Shown in pieces: positions 1-8,760 of a stretch of 32,000 bases of DNA (position 1 is its first letter; each line of letters opens with the position of its first letter). The position numbers and the translations under genes are program-made. The DNA is from Wallemia ichthyophaga EXF-994 (lineage: Eukaryota; Fungi; Basidiomycota), in contig NW_008806277.1 of assembly GCF_000400465.1 (NCBI RefSeq), forward strand, positions 270,001 to 302,000. Direction: 5' to 3'. The notes under the pieces were generated by a model that was not told where the DNA came from, did not search any database, and saw nothing but the letters and a program-made list of their open reading frames with translations.

Positions 1-595
1 TGTCTTGAATCGCTCGACGGATGTGTCTGCACTGCGTAACTCTTCGCTGCGGTGGAGTAATGCAGCGTGGACGGCTGTAGATACGACCACATGCGCCAGT
101 CTGCTCGTCTGTTGGTCGACGACTACCTCACTTATGCGCAGTTGTCGGTAATTTTCCGAGTTTTGCACGTGTGCATGCAGCGCGAGCAGCCTATACGCCA
201 CAGTGTGCCTGTTTAGATGGGAGTGGGAGTGCAGTGAGTGATATAGTGCGTTCGCAGTGCCCAGAGGTACAATAATCAGCTTAATCGTGACTTCTGTGAG
301 CGCACCTGCACTTGCACTGGAGAGCCCACTGAGCAACTCATGCGTGGTGCTATCGCCTTGTGTTTGCTTAGAAAATATAAACAAACCCACAAACACCCTA
401 CCCACCTCCCATCAGGCAAATATCGAAATGGCCGCTTCTGTGCGCTAATCCCAAACTCCTGCCAATCACCTCGGCGTGACCAGCGTACTGAGTTCGAATC
501 ACCTCGCAATCGCTAGATAGCTGTGGTAGCACGTGATTTATGAGATATTCCTCCGCTAATTTATCGCCTGCGTGTGGGTTACACAATACAATCAT
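1..595 (-). CDS. Diacylglycerol-kinase catalytic-domain protein (sphingosine kinase/YegS-like lipid kinase), 3' end runs off the window
   Basis: Exon 1 (595-406) reads MIVLCNPHAG...VIRTQYAGHA...LMGG. A 49-nt intron (405-357, GTGGGT...CTAAG...AAG) joins it to an exon open to the window edge: GDSTTHELLSG...KLIIVPLGTANALY. The NPxxG, TxxxGHA, GGDx and PxGTxN motifs occur in DAGK_cat order. Confidence 0.85.
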
Positions 596-612
596 CGTGA
601 CAGAGAACAGCC

Positions 613-1116
613 ATGTCCTCTGCCAAGGTGAGTGGATTGCAGGAGACGTAAGGCGTAAGGCGCATAGTAAATCTCACACGCCTCTCAGCTTGGACAGGAT
701 GTGTAAGTCGTTTTCTGACTTGTAGCAGTATTAATCATTACTCGCAGCAATCGCATCCTCTACATCAAGAATCTGCCTTATACAATCACTGGGGAGGATC
801 TTTACGATTTGTTCGGCAAATACGGTGCTATTCGCCAAATTAGGCTGGGAACCACGAAAGAAACTCGAGGCACTGGTGGGTTGATTAGTAGACGTGAACA
901 GATACACTCACACAGTCAGCTTACGTCGTGTACGAAGTAGTCAACGACTCGAAGCAGGCATTCGACAATCTCAACGGATTCCACCTCAATGAGCGCTATA
1001 TTGTGGTTATGTATCACCAGCCAGAGAAGCAGGCACAGATTGCAATCAAGCAGGCAGAGTTGGTGAAGCGGGAGGAAGAGCTCGTTGCGTTTAAGCGAGC
1101 CAATGATATTTCGTAG
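613..1116 (+). CDS. SF3B6: Pre-mRNA branch-site protein p14 (SF3b 14 kDa subunit, RRM)
   Basis: Four exons (613-627, 689-702, 748-875, 920-1116) give 117 aa: [58 protein letters not shown]...[12 protein letters not shown], the characteristic p14 RRM. Confidence 0.95.
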
Positions 1117-1262
1117 ATTCACATTTATTGTACTATTAATCCTTACTATCATACACGATTGAGAATTGAAAAATGAAAGCAGACTGGAGATTACGGCAGC
1201 GATATGAGATCTTTGTTAATCGCAGGAGCAATGTTCTCTATCTCAGTAGAGAACCGCACGAG

Positions 1263-2247
1263 TTACTATTTGTAGGTTAGTTGATTCTTCCCCCATAAAC
1301 CAGCTCAAAACTCACTTTGCGGGTAGATTTACGCCTGTTAGTGGTGGAATTTGCCTTGATCGGAGTAGGCTTGTTAGCATCTGACTTTCTTGCTGGTTTA
1401 TTTGAAGTATTCGATTTGATTGCAGCAGCCACTTTGTTTGCACCAGCCACCTTCTTCGTCGCCGCAGCCTTCTTCGCAGCAGGCACCTTATTTGCACCAG
1501 CTGGATCCTTTTTCGCAGCCAATTTACGAGTAGTAGCCGATTTAGTTTTCTTGTCCTGCACCCTGTTAACATCGTTGGAGTGATTAGTGGAGACTATGTT
1601 TCTACCCGAGGCAGTCTTCCCTGTGACGACCTTCTTAGGAACTTGCGTGGAAGTGTGTGTACGTGAGCGTGTCGGTGCCTTCTCGCGCTTTGTCTTAACG
1701 GGCACTTTATCGTCATCAGATTCCTCCGAATCTGAGACAGGGCGCTTTCTAACGCCCGCAGGAGCGAGTTTAACCTTTCCAGTGATACCTGTGAGTGGTT
1801 GTATGAGATGAGGCTATTTATGCACACCAAACCAAGATTTACCGTTTGGTGTAACGAATACCTTGTTATCAATACCCCTCTTAAGGGATTGTGAGATGTG
1901 GTGGGATGTCAACTTGGATTCTGGATCGATGCTGTAGTTGTCCGAGAGAAACCTAATCGTGTGTCTGCGTGTCAGCGTCTCTCCCTGACATCATCATCGT
2001 TGCTCACTTCTTAATCGTTGGGCGTGAAACTCCGCCTCTGTCCTTGGTTTCTGTGATACATTCTCTACAGGTACAGCGTTAGTAGGCGTGTTTGTGATGT
2101 TTGAGGGTGTGACAGGGGTGAGGTTTGAAGCGGCATCGGGTGAATGCGGCATCGGAAGTATTGGCATAACACACACCCCACTAATCCACTAAATATACAC
2201 ACCCACATTAACATATCCTCGTAGCGTGGGTTTGTTTTACTAGGCAT
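1263..2247 (-). CDS. HHO1: Linker histone H1 (H15 globular domain plus Lys/Ala-rich tail)
   Basis: Exons 2247-2207, 2064-2008, 1952-1843, 1788-1316 and probably a stop-only exon 1265-1263. Spliced product: MPSKTNPRYEDMLIECITETKDRGGVSRPTIKKFLSDNYSIDPESKLTSHHISQSLKRGIDNKVFVTPNGITGKVKLAP, followed by a K/A/T-rich tail. Confidence 0.9.
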
Positions 2248-2380
2248 GGTGACGGTAATAATCCAACCCAGCGCGTGACTATTGTTTTACAATCCACACT
2301 TCCGAATTTAGAAATAATAAAAATGTAAATAAATAGAAGCAATTGTTCTGATATATGCAATTCTGAATTCTACCTTTCTC

Positions 2381-5276
2381 CTATCTCCCATACTCCCGCC
2401 CATTATACACCGCCGGATCTACCCAGTGATGAGGTACATCTTCTTGCATCGGTGACTGCTGTGGTGGCGGTGCTGGTGGTGGCGGATAGTATGGTCCCCC
2501 ACCGTATCCAGAAGGTGGTGGGTAGTATGGTGCCTCCCCGTACCCATACCCACCAGGAGGTGGATACGAAGGTGGTGAGTAATTATTGTATCCACTCCCA
2601 CCACCACCCATTCCCGGTGATCCTCTCGAGAATAGTTTGTTCCTTCTCCGTTTGGTTGGAAGTGGTGCTGCTGCCATATATCCAGGTCTTCTACGACGAC
2701 AGCATCCACCAAAGATGCAGCTAAATATTCCATACACCACCAATATCACCACAATTGCAATAATGATTGTTACCGGTATAGCTATTTGCAGATTTTGCCT
2801 GTACCAATTCTTGAAGATATCCTGCCAACTACCTTGCTTACAGTCACCTTTCTCGCAAGTCCCTCCATATCCACACTGCGAGCCATCTCTAAGTGGTGTT
2901 TGAATCCTTACGCATCCACCACCTGATGGATTCTCGCATGTCACCAGACACGTAGTGTCACCTCCCATATCGCATGAGCTAGTGAGACCCATAGATGATC
3001 CAGCCGATTTGCACTGATCGTCTTCTGAAGTGCACAATCCTGTAGCGCAATGCTTACCGTCACCGCAATCCTTTCCATTCTCTTTATACTCATCATCGGG
3101 ACATTTACCAGAGTCGCCCGTACACTTCTCCTCCATGTCGCACTTATCGTCTATCGACGGCCTGCATACTTGACTAGATGAAGCGAATTGGCAGTTATCA
3201 TTACAGCAACCGTCAGTACTAGAGTCACAAACCGCGCCATTCTTGAATTTACACTGATCTGTGCAGCAATTAGTTTCACCACCTCCGTCGCACTCTTCGT
3301 CGTCCTCTAAGATGCCATTCCCACACTGCTTTAGACTCTTTATTTCGCGATCCGCGCTGGAAGGGTCGAGGAGGCAGGATGTGCTAGTCTGGCCACTCCC
3401 CAGAGCCGAGCAGATGTTGCCAATGGAGCAGTCACTGAATCCCGTTGCACTGTCCGATTTGGTCGCGGACATGATGTAGTTATTGTTCGCATTGCACGTG
3501 TCACTGTTTAGTGGGCAGCACGACTGCTGAAAACTGCACCCATCGTCGCAGTCGTGGATCGCACCGACTGTGTGAGAGTGTTAGCGGAAAAATGAATCAA
3601 CACAGAAAACAAGTGCATACGTACAGTTATGCCCGATTTCGTGCGCAGCTACAGCCCACTGGTTGCGCGTTATCGTCGTCACTGCCGTGCCAGAAACAGA
3701 CTGCGAGCTCTGAGAGCGCACATCCTGCTGGCAAAGTGTGCCTAACCACGCAACGCCGACCTTGCTGCCCGTATTGCAATTCGTCTGTATCACATAATCA
3801 GATTTATCACATTAGTGCATTATCCATCCAACCCACCATTAGATGCCACAACCCTATCCCGTCATCTCCCTTCTGGCCTCGCCAAGCAGAAAATAGTGAG
3901 AGACGATCATTGAGCTCTACATCACCACCGCACGCCTGATTCCATGGGACGGTATCGTTGCGAGTATCAGGACATTCAGGCTCCTGTACATTAAGCTCTA
4001 CAACGCCCAATGATATTTTGAAACTATCCTTGTATAGTCCCGATATCTGGTTGACATCTTGCAGGATCTGCGTGCGAGCCTTCTCGGCATTATCGTAGTT
4101 CTCGACATAGGTGCAATCAGCAGCGAAACCCATATAGAGCAGGCGCTGTTCGGTAGGACAGCCCTCTGTGCTGCCGATAGTATCGACGTAGCTCGACGCA
4201 GGCTCGTCATTACCACCGCTGACATCACCGGTGCCCTGTCTCTTTGCACGCTTGCTGTAGCGGTCTCTGGCTTGCGTGATTGCGCGATCAAGTGTGTGGT
4301 CGTCGATTGGAGCGAAGCGTACGTATGGCTTGGCTGTCTCTGTACCGAATAAGACGTCGAGCCATTTCTTTAAAGACAATGTCCAGCTGGGCTGCTCCTC
4401 TACCATAGTGAATGGTGTTAGTGGTTCGATTGGTTCGAGTGAAGGGTAGTGTGTACTGTCAGTACCGCAAGTCGCGGTGAGTGTGGTATTTGTGCGCTCA
4501 ACAGTATCACTCTCTTTAAATATTATCAGCCTGGATGGATGGTAGGATGGCGAGGGGTCATCGTCGCCCTTGCTAGCAAGGTAAGACGAAGGTGTCTTGA
4601 TGTGATAAAGCTCGCTATCGAAAGTGAATGAACCTTCAAATTGCGGCGAGCTGCCAGAATCAACGCCGTCATCGTGAATCATAATATTAGCACGCCCACG
4701 TATGCTATAAAAAGAGTCAGCCTAACCAAACACATTGTTGAGAGGCGACATACATATCATCTTGGGTGAAAATATTACCAAAATCATAATTCCTTATAAT
4801 TCTAGCTGCGTCTTCAGCAACGCGTCTATCGGAGTGCTCTGAGGAGACAGTGTAACCGTGATAGACTCTAAAATTTTCCTTTTGGAGGAGTTCAGAGTGA
4901 TGGACATGGCCGGACTTGTTGAGGTAGTTGACGCGTGCGTGTGGGTGAAATAAGTCTTCATTTGGGTGCAAATGGAGATTGAAATGCTCGCCGTCGAGAA
5001 GAAAAGAGATGCGGAGGTTATCGGTGGACTTTACTGCGGGGGAGGTATCAACGTGTCTGCTGGCTAGCGACGGCCACGTGTGGGGATCTCTGGGTAAAAC
5101 GTCAATGGCGACGTCATTTGGGTTTGAGAGGCGTGTTAGTGGAGATGGCTTGTGAGAGTGAGATGAAGCTGGGAGATGGGAAATGGACAACTGTAAGCGT
5201 GTACACTACGATAACAAGATAAATACCCACAAAATGCGATTAAATTAAGGTATAAAATCAAAATAAATAATTTCAT
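2381..5276 (-). CDS. ADAM-family zinc metalloprotease/disintegrin (type I membrane protein)
   Basis: Four introns join ORFs 4717-5190, 3807-4682, 3581-3793 and 2381-3472. The zinc motif HEIGHN|FGAIHDC is split by a phase-1 intron, and the Met-turn is YIMSA. Also present: prodomain ending RYSKRAKR, Cys-rich disintegrin (ILEDDEECDGGG, CRPSIDDKCDMEEKC), a TM helix and a Pro/Tyr-rich tail. The signal-peptide exon MKLFILILYLNLIAF from 5276 is inferred and less certain. Confidence 0.92.
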
Positions 5277-5397
5277 CTCATTCGCTCCTCAACGTCGGTT
5301 GATAACACACGCTGGGTGCTAAAACACGTAAATAAAGTTAGTTTATCTGCGTTTAATTAAAAATTGAAAATTATATAAATTATATTTCAATTTGCTC
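5277..5397. promoter_or_regulatory. AT-rich bidirectional promoter region between ADAM (-) and SCAMP (+)
   Basis: 121 bp between divergent start codons, with an AT-rich tract (TTTAATTAAAAATTGAAAATTATATAAATTATATTT) just upstream of the SCAMP ATG. Function is inferred from position and composition only. Confidence 0.5.
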
Positions 5398-6210
5398 ATG
5401 ACATCTCCCACTCCCCAGAATCCTTTCATCGACGACGACGGTGATAATCCTTTCAGCGAGACTCACGCACTCAACAAGCAATTCGACGATGACGACAATC
5501 TCGAAACCCCCACTCAGTCGCACACTTTCACCTACCCCACCACATCCGCAGACCACCGAGAGGAGGATTTGGCGAGGAGAGAGGCTGATATCCATCTCCG
5601 AGAGAGCCGCATGAAGCAATTCGGCAGGAACAATTGGCCCCGATTCTATCCCCTCATATACTGGGATATCCGCGAAGAAATCCCCTTGGAACACCGTTCA
5701 ACTACTCTTCTTGCTTACAGGCTTTGGCTGTTCCTAATTGCTGTATTCGCTATCAACTGGGTTGGCTGCCTCCTCCTTATCCAGGGCGACGGCTTTGAAA
5801 GTCTGGCTGCTGCCAGCGGTTATCTCTTCATTATACCCATCTCCTTCTTGCTCTGGTTGAGACCTCTCTACAATGCCCTGATGAAAGGCCACGCTTTTTA
5901 CTACCTCGTCTACCTCTTTTTCGGCGGCTGTCATCTCGCTTTCTCCGTCTACGTCCTGATCGGTATACCAAACACAGGCGGTTTTGGCATCGTCAACACT
6001 ATACGCGCCTTGGCGTCCGGAAAGATAGCCTCTGGTGTTTTGGGCGTCGTCAGCAGTGTTGGATGGGCAATACAAGGTCTCGGTTTCTGCTGGGTGTACT
6101 TGCAAGTCTACAAGCAGTACAAGCAGAAAGGATTGACTATCGACGCTGCCAAGTCGGAAGTCACCGCTCATGGCTTTAGAGCGTATTTCTCGCGCAATTC
6201 CAACATATAA
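5398..6210 (+). CDS. Secretory carrier-associated membrane protein (SCAMP family)
   Basis: Intronless ORF with first ATG at 5398. Two N-terminal NPF motifs (QNPFIDDDGDNPF), the conserved NNWPRFYPLIYWDI motif, four hydrophobic segments, and an E-peptide-like FLLWLRPLYNALMK. Confidence 0.92.
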   Translation: MTSPTPQNPFIDDDGDNPFSETHALNKQFDDDDNLETPTQSHTFTYPTTSADHREEDLARREADIHLRESRMKQFGRNNWPRFYPLIYWDIREEIPLEHRSTTLLAYRLWLFLIAVFAINWVGCLLLIQGDGFESLAAASGYLFIIPISFLLWLRPLYNALMKGHAFYYLVYLFFGGCHLAFSVYVLIGIPNTGGFGIVNTIRALASGKIASGVLGVVSSVGWAIQGLGFCWVYLQVYKQYKQKGLTIDAAKSEVTAHGFRAYFSRNSNI

Positions 6211-6274
6211 AAGGTTTAAAGTAGTGTACACGACGCAGAAGAAAGTGAAATGGTAAATGGTACATGAACTAAGT

Positions 6275-6641
6275 CTAGTGCTGTTCGATGAATCTCCAAT
6301 TGTATTTGCTGGCGCCTCTGATAAGCTCGTCTGGCTGTTTGCTTACTGTCTTGCCTGGGTTGAGTGGGTGTTAGTGTTAGGGAGAAGACACAGACAAACA
6401 AACCCTTCCAAGTGAGTCTGCCGTACACAGACCCATGGCCGCCACCACGCAGCTTGCACCTGGTGACTGTCCAGAAGGTATCCTCATCGGAGACCCCCTT
6501 CCACCTGTGCTGTGCCACTCTAGTTCCGCCTACCCCATGCGGGAGCTTTGAAAGAAGCAGCGGCAATTTGTGGGCGCTGGCGGATTTGAGAGTATTGAGC
6601 TGCGCCTGCTTGGCAGATTCGACGACACTCTTTGGTAACAT
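6275..6641 (-). CDS. Mitochondrial small-subunit ribosomal protein mS34-like
   Basis: Exons 6641-6404 and 6354-6275 (intron 6403-6355) give ...LLSKLPHGVGGTRVAQHRW...DTFWTVTRCKLRGGGHGSVYGRLTWKGKTVSKQPDELIRGASKYNWRF. This matches the remembered MRP-S34 pattern LP..GVG...YWT.TRVKL..HG..WG.LTWKG...IRG..K..W. Confidence 0.75.
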
Positions 6642-6680
6642 GGTGGTCGCGGTGCGAGAAGACTTTGATCCGCAACCATC

Positions 6681-7881
6681 ATGAGGCAGATAATTCCTCG
6701 CAGCGTAGTTAGTAGATTTCCAAAGGTACATTTGGCAGTAGAGCGCAAGTCGAGGCACTCTGTCTTCTCGAATCGAGTATTTAGCCCAGGCCAGTTCGTA
6801 CACCCACACGACAGAATCAAGTACTGGAATATCGTACCCAAGGACAGCATAAGGATACTGAAAGGACGTGAGGATATCAAGAGAGATGACAGCGGCAACG
6901 ACGTTATCACGCCTGTCCTCCAGGTGGACCAGTTCAAGAACAGAATCTTCCCAGAATCTGGCGTGAAGGTGGGTTTAGTGTAGCTGCAGTGTGCTGATTG
7001 CTGATTGACATACAGCAAAAAAGAAGTGTGCCACTCTCTGCAAGCAATCCAGACATCAGATTCCAATCGAAAGTGAAGCCAGTCCATTATTCCAATGTAC
7101 AGCTCTATTTGGGTCATCTGCCACCTAAGAATGATCCACAGGGCGAGCAATTACCGTGAGAGTTATATTATTCAACTCGAGCAAACACTTACACACCCAC
7201 AGCACATACGCTGTTGGATTGAGGCGTTCCAAAGCCTTTGTCAGGTCGAAACTCAGACTAGACGGCACCAAACACCAGCACAGGCTGGTGTGGAAAAGGT
7301 ACGCCACCAAGATATCGCCTCCGGACCGTGACTACGACATGAGCAAGTCGATTCCATGGCCGACATATGAGAAGACGCAGCGCAAGGACTACACAAACAA
7401 GGAGACACCGGAGGATGTGCTCAACAGGGTGACATACACGCCATCCCCGCCCACCAAAGCAAACAGTCGTACTGCGTACAATTACATACTCGGCAAGAAG
7501 GACGCAGGACCGATCGAGGTGGCTATCGCACACGAGCTCGCTAACCCTCACTCCAAGCATAAGAGAGCTCACCGTTATGCGCAGAAACAGCGTAAATGGG
7601 CTTACAGACTTGAGGAACTGGAGAAGACGGAGAAGGTGTCAGGCGTTTGGAATAGCGCGGCGAAAGCTCAAAATGAAGCTCGTAGATTGTGGCTTATTGA
7701 AAGAGCTCTTGCCAAGTCGGAGCAGTACATGGTCGACACACAGGGCACTCCCGCCAAGAGAGAGAACAAGAGAATCGTGAGAGAGGCTAAGAAGACAGCT
7801 AAGGAGGCGAGAAGAACTGCGCTACTCAACAACCTCGTCCTCAACAAAGATGGAAAGATTGTACATAAGCGCGATTTGTAG
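6681..7881 (+). CDS. Mitochondrial large-subunit ribosomal protein uL24m (MrpL40-like)
   Basis: Exons 6681-6968, 7016-7155, 7203-7881 give 368 aa. The DRIKYWNIVPKDSIRILKG KOW-like start and PVHYSNVQL motif are typical of uL24, followed by a basic C-terminal extension. Confidence 0.82.
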
Positions 7882-7961
7882 ATAATTTGATGGAGATACA
7901 CACACCTTTAGACAAGTTTTCATATCGAATAGGATATGACAATGGCTTTCTATTAACGGTC

Positions 7962-8744
7962 ATGTCAAAGAAGCGTGATGGTGATGATAGTGGCGACGAT
8001 GAGATAACGATTACAAACAAGAAGCCCAAAAACGAGCTCATCATTGAGGAGATAAGCGATTCCGGCTTCCTCGCAGAGCACAGAATTGATGGGATGGACG
8101 GTGGCGACATGCAATACAAAGCAGATCTCTTTCCCGTAGAGGAGGCTGACGAGCTGTACGCTCAAGTGCTTAATCTCGAGCGTTACAGACCGACGCTCAA
8201 GATATTTGGTAAAGACGTCATCCAATCGAGACAAGTGGCTGTCTTCGCGATAGAGCGCGAGCGCGCACAGATGAAATATAGCAACCACGACGCTAAAGTA
8301 GATTATCCATTTCCTGCGGTAATCAATCGGATAGCAAAACGGTTGAGAGAGGTGTGTGGTGTTGATTTCACCCACTGCATGGTCAATTACTACGCTGATG
8401 GCGATACATACATCGGCAAGCACTCGGATAATCTCAACAATCAGGTTATTGCGACTGTTAGCCTGGGCGCAGTGAGAACTATGCACCTCTCCCCCCAGAC
8501 AACAAAAGCAGCACTCAAAGTTTACCCACATGTAGACGTCCCTGGTCGCCAGAAGCTCGCTCTCAAGTTGGCACACGGTTCTTTGTTCGGTAGGTTGACA
8601 TTTTTCGTATCGTTGAAGGTATGCTTAGTGTACAAATCAGTCATGCAGGGAGAAACCCAAAGATTTTGGAAACACGAGATCAGAAAAGAGCAGAAAATCA
8701 AGACAGGTCGCATCAGTTTGACATTTCGACAGATTGTCGACTAG
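7962..8744 (+). CDS. AlkB-family 2OG-Fe(II) dioxygenase (ALKBH2/3-like)
   Basis: Motifs MVNYYADGDTYIGKHSDN (HxD), TVSLGAVR, HGSLF|VMQG...WKHEI (distal His) and GRISLTFR. There is a 51-nt in-frame intron at 8590-8640. I prefer the start at 7962 over the in-frame ATG at 7890 because 7890 is only 8 bp after the uL24m stop. Confidence 0.9.
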   Translation: MSKKRDGDDSGDDEITITNKKPKNELIIEEISDSGFLAEHRIDGMDGGDMQYKADLFPVEEADELYAQVLNLERYRPTLKIFGKDVIQSRQVAVFAIERERAQMKYSNHDAKVDYPFPAVINRIAKRLREVCGVDFTHCMVNYYADGDTYIGKHSDNLNNQVIATVSLGAVRTMHLSPQTTKAALKVYPHVDVPGRQKLALKLAHGSLFGRLTFFVSLKVCLVYKSVMQGETQRFWKHEIRKEQKIKTGRISLTFRQIVD

Positions 8745-8760
8745 CCTGCAGCGATTCCAT

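Noticed and set aside
488-506. GTTCGAATC resembling a tRNA T-loop / B-box
   Set aside because: The flanks do not form a 5-bp T-stem, there is no cloverleaf, and it lies within the kinase coding exon on the opposite strand.
276-725. Short ORFs 257-448, 276-509 and 540-725
   Set aside because: Alternative-frame or antisense shadows of the spliced kinase and SF3B6 genes, with no motifs.
5734-6231. 165-aa minus-strand ORF (and 5380-5694)
   Set aside because: Antisense to SCAMP with no recognisable features; explained by the codon bias of the sense gene.
6530-7150. 206-aa minus-strand ORF, and the upstream extension of ORF 6216-6809
   Set aside because: Both overlap uL24m antisense and cross its intron. 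The mS34-like similarity begins only after the ATG at 6641.
7965-8576. 203-aa ORF antisense to the AlkB gene
   Set aside because: A shadow ORF with a non-ATG start and no motifs; the sense gene is fully explained.
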